Assembly (NCBI GenBank): GCA_964247055.1
Contig: OZ176053.1
Coordinates: 1,116,001-1,180,000 of the forward strand
From: Paragordius varius
Taxonomy: Eukaryota; Animalia; Nematomorpha
Length of the DNA: 64,000 nt
Direction: 5' to 3'
The notes under the pieces: generated by a model
What the model was told of the DNA's origin: nothing
What the model saw: the letters and a program-made list of their open reading frames with translations, nothing else
Databases searched by the model: none
Made by a program: the position numbers and the translations under genes
Part shown: piece after piece, positions 1 through 12,510 of the stretch
How the letters are laid out: each line of letters opens with the position of its first letter
Position numbering within the stretch: position 1 is the first letter of the stretch

Positions 1-2017
1 TAGGTGCAGAAAGTGAACTCTTTACGGTTTAAAATATTGATAAAGGATATAAGCCCATGTATAAGCAAAATCAAGGCAATAGGGAACTCAAAAGGTGTGT
101 GGATAAAAAGTCGTTACGTAGTCATTTAGGATTTCGTTTCATCAATGTTTTATACCAAAATTACAACTGATAGGTCCCTTACAAACATTAACTAGTAAAA
201 ATACGAATCGGTCTTGGACCGAGAAAAATGAAAAACTAGCAGCTAAGAATTTGTTCGAAAAAGTGTTTTTAACACCATATAATTTTAATAGGAAATAGAT
301 AATAGAAACGGGTGCGTCAGATTTAGGATTTGGGTGCATTTTTAGTCATGAGGTTAATTGTGAAAGGGTGCAGATCGCTTATGCCTCGCAAATATGTAGC
401 AACGCCGAACGGAATTATTCCACTATCGAAAAATAATTAAAAGCAATATTGTTTGTAAAGTTTCATAGTTTCGTTAGAAAATTTGTAATATTAACTGATA
501 GTTTACCATTAGTAAAGTTAATTAATAAAGATCGAAACTTAAAAGAAATACATAATGCTTAAGTTCTAATTGGATTAATTAAATAAATGAAAACGATTTT
601 GAAATAAGTCACCAAAAAGGGGATCAAAATAAAACTGATCGAAATGGCGAATTGACGAGATCGATGCCTATGACAGATTATGCGGTCAATCGAGATTTTT
701 AAATTGTCATAACGTGCGGTTAAGCAGAGATGTAATTTGAAACCGCATTAGATCCGGTATTTTAAAAAGTAATAAAAGCGTTAAACATCCATAAAGTTTG
801 TAAACCGAAACACTTGTTGGCATATCAATATGGCTTGTTAATTTTAAATGATCTTATAATTCCAACACAGCGATCATAACAACGTAGAGACCATGAAAGC
901 AATGGCCAGAGTTGCGTGTTATTGGCCAGAATTAGAAAACGGCCTGGCAAAACCTAGAGTCAGTACGAATCGTGCCAACGCAGTAGGCTAAATGTATCTC
1001 AGAATTCCACTTAGTGGGAATATAATTTGGTGTGTAAGAGCATTTGCCTATTGATATAGCTGGACCAGTAGACGGTTATTCTTGATTGTTGATAATCAAT
1101 AACGCCTATAAATGTGCAGAAGGGTTTTAAGATAAGGTAACTGGAGTGAATGTAATCCACAAACTAGAAGAAACTTTTGCAAAGTTTGGTTTTAATAGTT
1201 AGCGATAACGCATCGTATTTTAATAATGAGTAATTTACGTCAAGTAGGTAAAGTTACCCCTTACCGCATAAAAAGTAATGGAATGGTAGAACGATTAGGA
1301 GGTACGATTAAAAATAAATACAAGATAATAAAAAATAGTGTATCCACCCACGAAATTTTAACAATAGCCTATGGGTGTATGGAAATTCAATACACTCCAC
1401 GACTAATGAAATACCGGCTCAATTAATGCTCAAACCAAACCTTTTAAACTGGTTAAATAGTAGAGCAAGATTATTATATGCATCCCCCCACCTCAGTTTG
1501 CGATTAAAGAACCAGTAAGGATCAAAAATGAACTAAGTCCAGGTTGGCACGACGGAAAGATTACGGACCGTACAGTATTCATACAAGGTGTGAGACAAAG
1601 ACCGGAAGAAATTGTGAGAAAGCATATCGATCAAATCTTACACCAGCATCAAGCAACACAATAGTTTAGCCACAACATCAACCAACCACATCAAGCAACA
1701 CAAGTGATGATGTAATCACTGTCAGGGTTGATGTTATAAGAGCCGAATCTCAACCAAATAGCCCGAATACCCCCAATGACGAAACGGAATCGATTACCCA
1801 GACAACCACAAGTCTAAACAGTAATGATACCCAGAAACCTAGGACGACCGATCCCCCACAAAATATAGGAACGGTAGCCAGCGAGAATCTGTCAGAAATT
1901 CGTCCGCTTCCGTTAAGGTGGAATGATGTTATAGTTGTAACTTTCATTGTTACCACCTCGTTTCGAAATAGACTAATAGCTCATTTGTATAAACGTTTTT
2001 GCATCTTTTATATAACA
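1..2017 (+). mobile_element. Degenerate Ty3/gypsy LTR retrotransposon, 3' part of pol (end of RT, RNase H, integrase), with stops and frameshifts; truncated by the window start
   Basis: Hand translation gives RNase H-like ETGASDLGFGCIFSHE...IAYASQICSNAERNYSTIEK*LKAIL...KFVILTD (~305-510). Integrase-like motifs follow: MARVACYWPELE (~902), DIAGPVDGY (~1052), SDNASYF (~1202) and PYRIKSNGMVER (~1259). Confidence 0.85.
1927..2017 (+). repeat. Candidate short or deleted 3' LTR of the gypsy element
   Basis: A purine-rich tract AAGGTGGAATGA (1915-1926) is followed directly by TGTTATA...TATAACA, a 7-bp terminal inverted repeat with TG...CA ends. It lies just after the integrase tail. Confidence 0.45.
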
Positions 2018-2724
2018 TCGATTCATCGAAATATAAAAAAAATTCATTTAAAAAACTTGACATTTCTTATTTTTTAAATAAACCTCATGGTAAAAAATTA
2101 ATCAACATGACATAGGTGCATAGTATAAAAATAATGACCACTTTTTCTGTATATTTATATTGGATGAGATTAAATAAACATTAGATTTAATTTTACTTTC
2201 AAAACTTAATTTAATTTTGATATCTTGTCATATTGATATTATAGGATTAAGGCATAAATTTTGATAAAAACCGTTCATTCAGTACTTCTTTTATAAATAT
2301 CAACTTAAACATGGTCTGGGGTCCCTAGATACTCGATTTGAATTGTTGGAAACAAATTAAAACAGTTTTTTATAAATAATTCAATGATGAACATTTACGT
2401 AAAGCGCCACATCCAAAAATACTAAAATTCAATACAAATATTATTTTTTAATATATTTTAGTGATATATTTTACGATAGAGAAAAAAATTATTTAGTTAA
2501 TGTGCGTTACTTTCAATATGGAGTAATTGGCACAAAAGTGGGATGAATTTACCCAAATGATTTGTAAGGTCCAAATCAAAATACCATCATAATCGTGATG
2601 GATGACACATTTTTTTATTTAAATTTTATTTGATCAATATTTTCTTACTCCCATCTTCGTCCACTGAGTAAATTAATATAGATCTGAAATTAATCTATTA
2701 TAAACATAATTTATGCGCCAATAT

Positions 2725-3008
2725 TACAGAAAAATTTAAATACGGGCAAAACGGATATATATAAAGACAAAAAATTTTTTCAAAAGACAACTACCATACT
2801 ATTTCAAACCTTAATTTATTTTATGAAAACAATTTAATAAAAATCGTAAAATATGTCATTGATTGTGTTACGTATATCTCTATTTTAATTTTAAAGGGTA
2901 AAACAATGAGTTATTTTAAAAAATAACGGATTAAGTATATTTTTTTTAGAAAATAATATTTGTCTTTATATTTTTACATTATGTCCATATAATATCAATT
3001 TTTACATA
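2725..3008. mobile_element. MITE family copy 1 (~280 bp, long TIRs, Tc1/mariner-like TA-CAG ends)
   Basis: Left arm TACAGAAAAATTTAAATACGGGCAAAACG...AAAGACAAAAAATTTTTTCAAAAGACAAC with a degenerate inverted right arm (TTTGTCTTTATATTTTTAC). Shared with the other copies listed. Confidence 0.7.
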
Positions 3009-3454
3009 AGTTAGCTAGCTAGTTGATACCGTTCCATATTTTAAAAATGTTGAACTTTAACACATCAAAAGATTTAATTTAAATCGTATTATTAGTAGAT
3101 TAGAGGCAAAATGTTGAAATGTATTAACGGGCCAAATATTTATATGTTTTTTGTGTCTTTAATTAGTTACAATGAAATTTTTGATATTTTTTATTTTTAA
3201 TCGGTAGTTTTCACTAGGCAAAGTTACTCGACTACTAAGACAAATTATGGAAGATTGTGACACAAAAATGTCTCTTAAATATAAATATCTTTAATATGCC
3301 TAATTTCAAAAATCTTACAAATTAATAAATTTAATCCGTTTTTGATTCTACGAAACTGGTTTCAGTTTGTTACACTCAATCAAGCAATATAATGATAAAT
3401 CATTTATTTAATAGCCGTTTAATCAATGAAAACAGATTTTTTATTATTTCATTT

Positions 3455-4151
3455 TCAATTCCTTCTTGGTGAAACCACAGTAGGGATGAATAATCGATCC
3501 CTGGTATACTATACGAAATATAAAATACATTATAAAAATATCGATTTAAAGAGCATTAATATATTATTCAAAATAACGAAAAATCTTTTATAAAGAAAAT
3601 ATTTACAAAAACCTACCGTTACAGTTATGGGGCCAGCATAGCCAGGGGCCACTCTATATTCAATAGCTTGGTCAGTCATAGTGACGGGCGAGCCACCAGA
3701 ACTTGGAATTTCAGTCGAGATACGATCTGTGCGTGTGTTTGTGCTTATTTCATTAATCACTAATATTATTAAACATTTATTTTATTAAATATAATGCGAC
3801 ATTCATATAGGTATTATTTTTAATTTTTTGAAAAAACTCTTGTTTACCGTTAAATCGAGATGGAATGTTGAATTTTATTGTCATATCCGCACACTCCGTG
3901 AAAACATGTCTCTTCAATCTATCTGATATTAAAGTGATGGATCTGTCTGGTCGAATTTTCCGATTGTTAAATTTGCATGCCATCGACAAACCTTCATATT
4001 CGTAAAAGAAAAGTAAATTTAAAGAATAAAAAATATAGTATGCCAATATATATGTAATACTGGTTAAGTATAAATATATTATAGTTATAATGGTTTTACT
4101 TGCAAATATGGCGATGCAAAGCGTTAAGATAATATGGATTTGTTTGTACAT
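3455..4151 (-). CDS. Secreted 130-aa protein, copy A (tentatively CUB-like); exons 4151-4100, 3991-3848, 3759-3617, 3508-3455
   Basis: Phase-compatible GT-AG introns give MYKQIHIILTLCIAIFASLSMACKFNNRKIRPDRSITLISDRLKRHVFTECADMTIKFNIPSRFNVINEISTNTRTDRISTEIPSSGGSPVTMTDQAIEYRVAPGYAGPITVTYTRDRLFIPTVVSPRRN*. The N-terminus is a hydrophobic signal peptide. Exon lengths and splice sites match copy B exactly. Confidence 0.85.
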
Positions 4152-4245
4152 TGTAGACAGGGTTAGTAGTTTTAGGAATTCGGTTGTGTTTATTTCACAG
4201 AAAAGGCGATAAAAAATGCTTATGAATTTCGTGGAAAAACCCGCT

Positions 4246-4253
4246 CTTTTATA
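4246..4253 (-). promoter_or_regulatory. Candidate TATA box of copy A
   Basis: TATAAAAG ~95 nt upstream of the ATG; conserved at the same relative position in copy B (6922-6929). Confidence 0.5.
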
Positions 4254-6145
4254 GCCTTCATATAAGGACCGGATATAAACCGGTTTGATTGATTTGTTTT
4301 TGGTAAGCTTAACCTCTTGTCATTGTTTATTTAACCGAATGGCGTCAATTACTCAAAACAACCAAAGTAAATAAACAAGTAAAATTCATAGTTAAAATAA
4401 TGAGCCCCAACTATGCTACCCATAAAAAATCAAGGTATAATAGTTTGTTTAATATGTATTATTGGCTAGAATGTCGTAAATATTTGATCTTTAACGGATA
4501 AAACAAATATATTTTGAAATTCACCCAAATTTTAAAAAGCGTTTAATTTTTTATTTTAATCTCTGCATAAAACTTCGAAAAAACCTATCAAAGATTAATT
4601 TTCAATTCCTTTAATTTTTTAGTGAATCGCGTATGAAAATTTTTAAATTATAATTATATTATCTATATTCAATTCTTTTTATCAATCATGCAGTGGTCAT
4701 TTATATGGGCGCAAAAAAATGAGCCAACTTTAATATAAATTCTATTCAAATAATAAATGAAAAAATAGCTCGATAAAATATTAGCTGCTTGTTAATGTGT
4801 AACCACAAATAGACTTAAAATTATAGCTAGTAGTTTAACTATAACACAATTTCGTTTTCGAAATCAATTAATATTAATTGTTTTATGAATCGTTTTATAA
4901 TTATATTTGATATGCGCCTGGAAATCTTTGTAAATTATAAAGGCTATTTGTAATTCTTCAAATACCATATATTATCATCTTTGCCGTTTAAAAATTTTAA
5001 CTCCCAATTTTTGTTTTAATCAAAAACGATAATTAATATTTTGTCATGATTCTTTCCTAAGCAAACATTAATATTTGGTATGCAACTCGGTGCGTGCTAA
5101 GTTTAATGTTCCCTAAATCACACATTCGATACATTCATAACGCTTAATTTATTTCACATGGTTATGAAAGATCAAGAATGCTCTAACTTTATTTCTAGTC
5201 GTTGGAATTTAAAATTGCAACCTTTTAAAGATATCGATGAGATGGTATTTAAAAAAACTAAAAATGCCTGTTTGAATGACATAAACGCAATAAATAAGCG
5301 GTTTTAAGAAAAACTTTTTGTGTTATTTTTAGACACTCCGGCCATCCTTACAAAGTTTGGGCTATTTTGATCCATTGGTTTTAAAAATATATTTATTGAC
5401 AAGAATGCTCTCGCTTCGCGGGTTTGTCGTTTCTATCTCCAATAAGAGCTATCGATGTAAATATATTAGTATGCATTTATTAGAGTTTTTATTACTCTTT
5501 CGAAAATTACAAATGGGCATTTGTTGTATATTTTCCAAAAAAAAATAATTTTTAGAAAAATTTTGATAAGGAGGGTGCATAATCGTAAAAAATCACATAA
5601 AATCCTAGTAAGTATCATAATTTTTAAGTCAGATTTACCGTTAAAATGATAGTAAACATTATAAAAGGCAAAAAACTCGAATGGTCGAGAGATTTGTTGT
5701 ATAGTGTAATATATAAATTCGGTTTAATTCCATAAAAATGTTTAAACACTTTATTAAATTTTTATTTTTTTGTACACAATGACATTTTTCGAGACATAAT
5801 TTTTTAAATAAACAACTGTTTTAGTTGTTTTAGTTAATTTTTAAATTATCATACATGTTAATTCATTAAATAGAGTATAAAATTGGGATAAGCTCCAAAA
5901 CACGACTGAAATAAACAGCTGATTTTGACATAAATGAACATCGAATGCTGGCTGGTAAAATGTAGCGTTAAAGCTTTCCAAGATTATTTTTATTTTCTAA
6001 GCATTATTTATTTGCTTGTATCTGAAATCATCTCATCCAAATATCAATGATAAAATATATAATAAATAATTTATTTTTAATTTATAATCAAAATATATAC
6101 ATGAGAATATATAGATTAATATAAACAGATTTTTCATTATATCAT

Positions 6146-6827
6146 TTAATTCCTTGTTGGCGAAACCACAGTAGGGATGAATAATCGATCCTGGGAATAC
6201 TATACGAAACATAAAATACATTATAAAAATATCGAAATTAAGTGAGTGCATTAATGTATTATTCAAAATAACGAAAAATCTATTTATAAAGAAAACTTTT
6301 ACAAAAACTTACCGCAACAGTAATTGGGCCAGTATAGCCAGGGGCCACTCTATATTCAATAGCTTGGGCACTCATAATGACTGGCGAGCCACCAGAACTT
6401 GGAATTTCTGTCGAGATGCGATCTGTGCGTGTATTTGTGCTTATTTGTCTTATTACTAAAGTATTATAAAGCAACATTTTAGTTAATGTAATGCGACATT
6501 CTATGGGTATTATTTTTGTTTTTTGAAAAAAATCTTATTTACCATTTAATTTAGGTTGAATGTTGAATTTTATTGTCATATCCGCACAATCCGTGAAAAC
6601 ATGTTTGTTCGATATTTCTGATCGTAGAATGATGGATCTGTCAACCCGAATATTTTGATTGTTAAATTTGCATGCCATTGACAAACCTTCATATTCATAA
6701 AAGAAAAATAAATTTATTGAATAAATAATATAGTATGCAATTATATTGGGTATATTATGGTTATAAATTATTTACTTGCAAATAAGGCAATGCAAAGCGT
6801 TAAGATAATATGGATTTGTTTGTACAT
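6146..6827 (-). CDS. Secreted 130-aa protein, copy B (tentatively CUB-like); exons 6827-6776, 6686-6543, 6455-6313, 6199-6146
   Basis: Spliced product MYKQIHIILTLCIALFASLSMACKFNNQNIRVDRSIILRSEISNKHVFTDCADMTIKFNIQPKLNVIRQISTNTRTDRISTEIPSSGGSPVIMSAQAIEYRVAPGYTGPITVAYSQDRLFIPTVVSPTRN*. Exons are 52/144/143/54 nt as in copy A, the stop is at the same codon (TAA vs TGA), and length differences fall only in introns. Confidence 0.85.
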
Positions 6828-6921
6828 TTGGGCAGGGTTAGTAGTTTTAGGAATTGGGTGGTGTTTATTTCACAGAAAAGGCAATAAAAAATGTTTATGA
6901 ATTTCGTGGAAAAAACCCGAC

Positions 6922-6929
6922 CTTTTATA
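6922..6929 (-). promoter_or_regulatory. Candidate TATA box of copy B
   Basis: TATAAAAG conserved with copy A inside a duplicated ~300-bp upstream block. Confidence 0.5.
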
Positions 6930-8321
6930 GCATTTAAATAAGGACCGGATATTAACAGGTTTGATTTGCTTTTGGTGAGCTAAACCCTTTGTCATTGTTT
7001 AGTTGATTAAATTGCGTCAATTAGTGCAAATAAACCAAAGTAAATAAACAAGCGAATTTCATAGTAAAAATAATAAGCCCCAACTATGCTAAATTGTTGT
7101 AAATATTTGATTTTCATGAATACAACTAAATGTTTAACCTAAAAAACAAGTATGAATGACTTACCCATTATTTACTTACCTAACCTCTGATATTCATATT
7201 ATTATTATTGAGGAGAATTATTAGTTTAAATGGTTTTGAATTAAATTCAACACAATCGCTAATTTAATCCGTAAAAAAGTTCTTTGCTAAATATAATTTG
7301 ATTTTGTTGTGCACAAAACGAGTAAAATCGTCCATTGCTTTATATGTAGCATGGTAGTTATCATTAACACTTCATTACCTTTTAACTTTTTTGTCTTAAT
7401 TTACCTTTGGGAGTGTTTTATATCTCAAAGCGCAATTTTATATATACACTATGTTTTTTTTAAAAGTTATTTTAGTTCAAATATTGTCATCTAAAGTCAA
7501 TCGAATACCTCTATAGCACGATTGAGAAAAGCTGATATTATAATCAAAATATATCACGTTTTTACTGGTAAATTGTAGTCTGCAAGGATCTTAAAGTTAA
7601 TTATATTTTCTTTGCATTTGGGATTCAAAAAATTATAAAAAATTGGTTGCAAAAAAGTTAGAAGGGCGGATTTTGTTAGAATTTTATGTTTTTTTTAAAA
7701 AAAAATGTATAATGCGCCGCCAAAACGGCTAAAGAAAGCATATGTAAAGTTCGGCCTAATACTTTTTGAATTCAAATTATAAATCGCTCTGGGATATAAA
7801 ATACTACCCCAAAAAGTAATGGAGTGTTAATGGTATAAAAATATGGGGTAATTTAAACAGAAATATATTTAATGTAATAAAACTTAATTGAGTGCACACA
7901 TTTATATTCATTAATAAAGAATTTGATAACAAATTAAATTTTCATTGCTGCATTAAGAGTTTAATTTTATGATTATATATTTGCTTAACAACAATTGTAA
8001 AATGCTTTCCTAAACATATTTAAGTGCAAATAATGCACCTAAAATGCCATGGTATGCATATTTTTGATCCTGGTTAAATATTAGCGGCATTTTTATAGAT
8101 ATTTATAATTGAATAGATTTGAGTTCGACCTAATATCGAAATCAATATATTTTCAACTTTTGAGGAGCTAACTAGTTTAGGGAAAATGGAAAGCAAGTAA
8201 TGTAACTAGTAAGAAAAATTAAAAAATAACTATTAAATCGCAATTGAATATTAAATTTTTTATTACTAATAATTATAATTTTTGATCAGGCCATTCTTTT
8301 ATGAAATGCAAACGTTAAATA

Positions 8322-8603
8322 TTACATTAAAAAATCAAAATTAAACGGACAAAACGTAATTAAATAAAAACAAATATTTTTTTCTAAAACACAAACATAC
8401 TTTTTAAATGATTTTTTTTAAAAACTATTATTTAATATTGGAAAATGTGGTATTAGTAACAAAATCAATTTTATATTTTACAATCGAAATAAATAGCTTA
8501 ATATAGATAGAAATAAATTATGGTTTTAAAAAGTATGGTTGTCTTCTGAAAAAAAATTTGTCTTACATTTTTATTTCTTCGTATTATTTCAATATTTACT
8601 GCA
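8322..8603. mobile_element. MITE family copy 2
   Basis: AATTAAACGGACAAAACGTAA... left arm and ...AAAAAGTATGGTTGTCTTCTGAAAAAAAATTTGTCTTACATTTTT...TTTACTGCA right arm. Confidence 0.65.
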
Positions 8604-10065
8604 TATCTTAAAAAGAATGGTGGACAAAGTTTGTAAAGATTTTTTACTCAGCCTAACCATAGATATGCATACATAATTTAATAAAATCAACTTATATAAT
8701 TTGAAATTGATAAATATTACAATATCGATATCAGTAAAATCACTTATCAAGATTTACTTTATTCAAAAGGCGCATTTCACAACGAACACATTTAAAAGGT
8801 AGTATGATAATATGTTATAGAAAGAAATACACTGCATAGTCGATGAGAATTTCTTTTAAATCTTTTTGGACGGTCGCCGCCGAAAATGTTATCGGGCGTA
8901 TTTTTGTAACGCCCTAATGCAAAAATATATGTTTGCTTAATAAACAAAACAAAAAATATTTGTGTAACATTCAGTTTTCAGCCAAAAAACAGGTCGGTAT
9001 TGCTGTTTTTGTGCAAATTTGGAAAATTTAAGGAAATCAAAAATGGTAAAATGTATTTAAAAATTGGCATGTTAACACATTTTAAATACAAACTATGCAA
9101 TGCAATTATGTCAATAACAATTCAACTCAAATTGGGGTATCTTAATACGTCCTATATTTAAGTCGATATTTTTTAAAAACTACTGAAAGAAACGGCCTCA
9201 ATTTAAATTTATGCTTCTATCGTAATAAAAATTATATAAATAAGCCGAAATATTTGAATAAAATTTAGTTTTGAAAAAGTTCACATCAAACTACTTCGAC
9301 GCCATTTTTATTTTACAACATTTTTGCAAAATATCTTAATTTTAAACCTAAAATTAAAGCTTATTTTTTATTTATCTAACATTGAAAAAAACATAAAAGG
9401 TGATTTATTTTGTATTATTTTAAATTTAGCTGATGACACATGTTCTGATTTTTACCATGGTTTCAATTCATTCCATATCTTTTGAATTATTTAATTTTAA
9501 ACAGGCCTAAGGTACCCACCTACTCCAATTTTAATCAAGGGACCTAAATGAATGTGTTGTATCCAGGTGTTAATGTATAATTCATGCGGTCTAAAAATTT
9601 AGCAAGTATGTTATCATAGGTAATTTAGTTATTTACACCAAATCGGTTAATCTCTAATTTAAGCGGTTCAAATTAAATAGAATTACAATAAAAATTGAAA
9701 TTATAATGTGCAATTAAATATTTTATATGGGTAGAATTTAATTTTTAAAAAGTCTTAATTTCTTTGAAAAAAGGGTGTTTATATTTTTACGTTTTAGCTG
9801 TATATAATTTCAATTTTGACTGTAAGTAGAGGGTCAATGTTACGGTAAATATATGTAAATTGTTCACTGGAAGTTCATTTTTGGGTAGAAAAACCAGTTA
9901 TTATTTAAAAAATCAAGGCTTTCATGCATTATATATTTTTAATCGTCCCCCTCCCCGTACTATAAAAAAAATTAAAGTCATATTGCAAAATAATTCAGAA
10001 TGTAAAAATTAAAGGCATATCCCATAACGCAATCAGGTGGTCGTGCTACATGATATCAAAAAAAA

Positions 10066-10350
10066 TTATAATAGAAATTATACGAACAAAACAAATATAA
10101 AGACAAATATATTTTTTTAAAAGACAACCATACTTTTTAAACTTAATATTACTTATAAACACATTTACCCACCACTGCAAAATATAAAATTGATGGGGTT
10201 TCCTATTTACATCTGTATTATTTGATACATTTTCGATTAAAATAATGAGTTAGAATGAAATTAATTAAGATTTAAAAAAGATGGTTGTCTGAAAAAAAAA
10301 TTGTCTGTATATTTTTACGTTTTGTCTGTATAAATTTAATTTTTACTGTA
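10066..10350. mobile_element. MITE family copy 3 (a half copy also lies at ~9736-9826)
   Basis: TATAAAGACAAATATATTTTTTTAAAAGACAACCATACTTTTTAAAC left arm; TTTAAAAAAGATGGTTGTCTG...TTTTTACGTTTTGTCTGTATAAATTTAATTTTTACTGTA right arm. Confidence 0.7.
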
Positions 10351-11403
10351 ATTTGCAAAAGGTTTCCATCATTTGAAACCAGACTCAAAACTATTTGATG
10401 TCATACGGTATTTTGTGGAGAAAGAAACAAAATATTAACGGTCTCAATTTAAAAATTTTTTTTGCACAATGGATTGGTGTGGCCATCGTTTATAGTTAAA
10501 TGGTTCTAAATTCGGATGCACTCTATTAATATAGATATATCATTTTGATTTGTGAAACACAAAATATACAGCCCAACCACAAATTTAATTTATATCTTTA
10601 ACTCAATTAATATAAATATTTTACAATTCGTATAAAACATAAAAGCAATATTATAAAAAAGGTAGCATTTAATATGAGATAATCATTTTTAACCGAGAAC
10701 CGCCTTCAATCCAACTTTTTATCGTTTTGGCTCTCAAAAAAGCTGATAGTTTTCGTTCTAATCCTTTTTCTTGATTAAAATTAAAATAAATGACTTTTAA
10801 CTGAAAGTTTGTAGATTAACTGTCAAAGTTTGTTGGCGCAATATAGTGCCCACTTTTTGAAAAGCCAATCATATATTTGTATCCCAATACGATAAAGTTT
10901 ACCAATAGTGGTGAATTAAGCTCACTTAAACTTGAATCCTAGTTAATAGAGAAATTAAGAAGCTGTAAATATAGTAAATTAATAAAATTATCGGCATTCT
11001 TTTATTTTTCCGATTGCGGCATATATTAAACACTTTTTACATATTTTATGCCTCGTATTTTAAAATTTATTTAGAGCTCCTAGTAGTAGATCTTCATTTT
11101 TTCTTTTTAGATTATTATTATTATATAATATTCAGATGTGCTAAAACAAAAACGCGTTGAATTTCGTACATTTTTTCGGAAAAATAACCATATGCGCTTT
11201 TATTTCACATAGTAAAATTCGAAAAAGTGCTAACTAATAAAAAAATTTAGCATGAAATTTTATCATTTAAAATATATTTTATTTTGGTATTTTTTAAAAT
11301 TATTCATCATATCGAATCCGTTAGAAATTCCAAAACTATGGAAAAGAAAGGTAAAATATTATTAATTTTGGAAATTTAAACCTTAATAATTGTGAAATAA
11401 ATT

Positions 11404-11407
<4 letters not shown>

Positions 11408-11440
<33 letters not shown>
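11408..11440. repeat. (TA)n microsatellite; similar tracts at ~19794-19817, 26597-26624, 53150-53184, 56645-56672, 62617-62641 and 63307-63338
   Basis: Perfect TA dinucleotide runs read directly from the sequence. Confidence 0.95.
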
Positions 11441-11444
<4 letters not shown>

Positions 11445-12339
11445 TTTTATATAACCAGTATTTTAGTGTACAGCCAAACTTTTACGCGGTCCCACAATAA
11501 GATATAAAAAAATATGTTAAATTTAAAATTTTTTCACATATAAATTCGTGAAAAAAACGGCTAAAATTTTAAATAACAGATTAAAAAGTTTGACTGTGCG
11601 CCATTTTGATATAAATAATCAAGAGACTCAATTTCTAATATAATTATATCAGCTCCACAACCCAGAATACATATATAAATACAGGTGTTAAAAATTTTAA
11701 GATATTCTAATAAATTATTTTTTACTCAATCCGGGACACTGCAATTTATGGAGTTAAGAATTTATTCCATGACTTTGCTCAAATTTTTGATTATAATTTA
11801 TTATAGAATAGTGTAGGAATCAGACTAAACACACTTTATTTATAATAAAATATTCTTTTTTCGTGTGAAACCCCTTTAAACTGCTTTTCAGTAATTCTTT
11901 TTATAATTCATTATTTTGTTAAGATCAAAAATATATTTTGCTGGAATACATTAAGCAATATGAAAGAACTATGTTTTTTTATATGTGCATCATCTAATAC
12001 TGTATGAAGCAAATACAATTAATTAAGTTTCAAATAATCAGTTTTTTATAGTCCCGGCAAGAAAGAGGTTTTAAATTCTAAATAAAACCATTTTAGGCCC
12101 CATGTTGGCCCTCTTATGTGTAGCCCGCGAAAAATCTTATCCATAATTTGTAACATGCTGATAAAATCTTAGTAAAATCAATGTTTCTTAGACAATTTTT
12201 CTAATTTTGTCTATTAAATTGGCAAGAACTAGAAATTGTTATATTTGTTTGCATTTTACAATTTTATACATTTCAAATCTAATAAATTTATGAATGCCCA
12301 TATATTTATTCCAAATGCCGTTCGCCGTTTTTTTGAATT

Positions 12340-12380
12340 TAAAATGCGGTCCGCGAAGCCATTTGTGTTGGGCATGCCTG
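12340..12380. mobile_element. Right end of a degenerate hAT-like element (left end uncertain, possibly ~11464)
   Basis: ATGCGGTCCGCGAAGCCATTTGTGTTGGGCATGCCTG resembles hAT termini (subterminal GGCCCGCG-like motif plus ...CCTG end). No matching TSD was found. Confidence 0.4.
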
Positions 12381-12510
12381 ATATAGACAAAACATATTTG
12401 ATTTTGTATTACAGGAAATAAACATGACATCCTTAGGATCCTAATAACATATACTACATTCGCTCAACGTGTTTTCATTTTTTACTTAAGGGCTTGTAAA
12501 CTTGTTATAG

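Larger units (their letters stand above)
3430..7125 (-). repeat. Direct tandem duplication of a ~1 kb unit (about 3430-4500 and 6122-7125) containing the gene and its proximal promoter
   Basis: Collinear shared blocks extend from the 3' flank (AACAGATTTTT) to upstream motifs (AAGGACCGGATAT, GCGTCAATTA, GCCCCAACTATGCTA). Confidence 0.9.
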
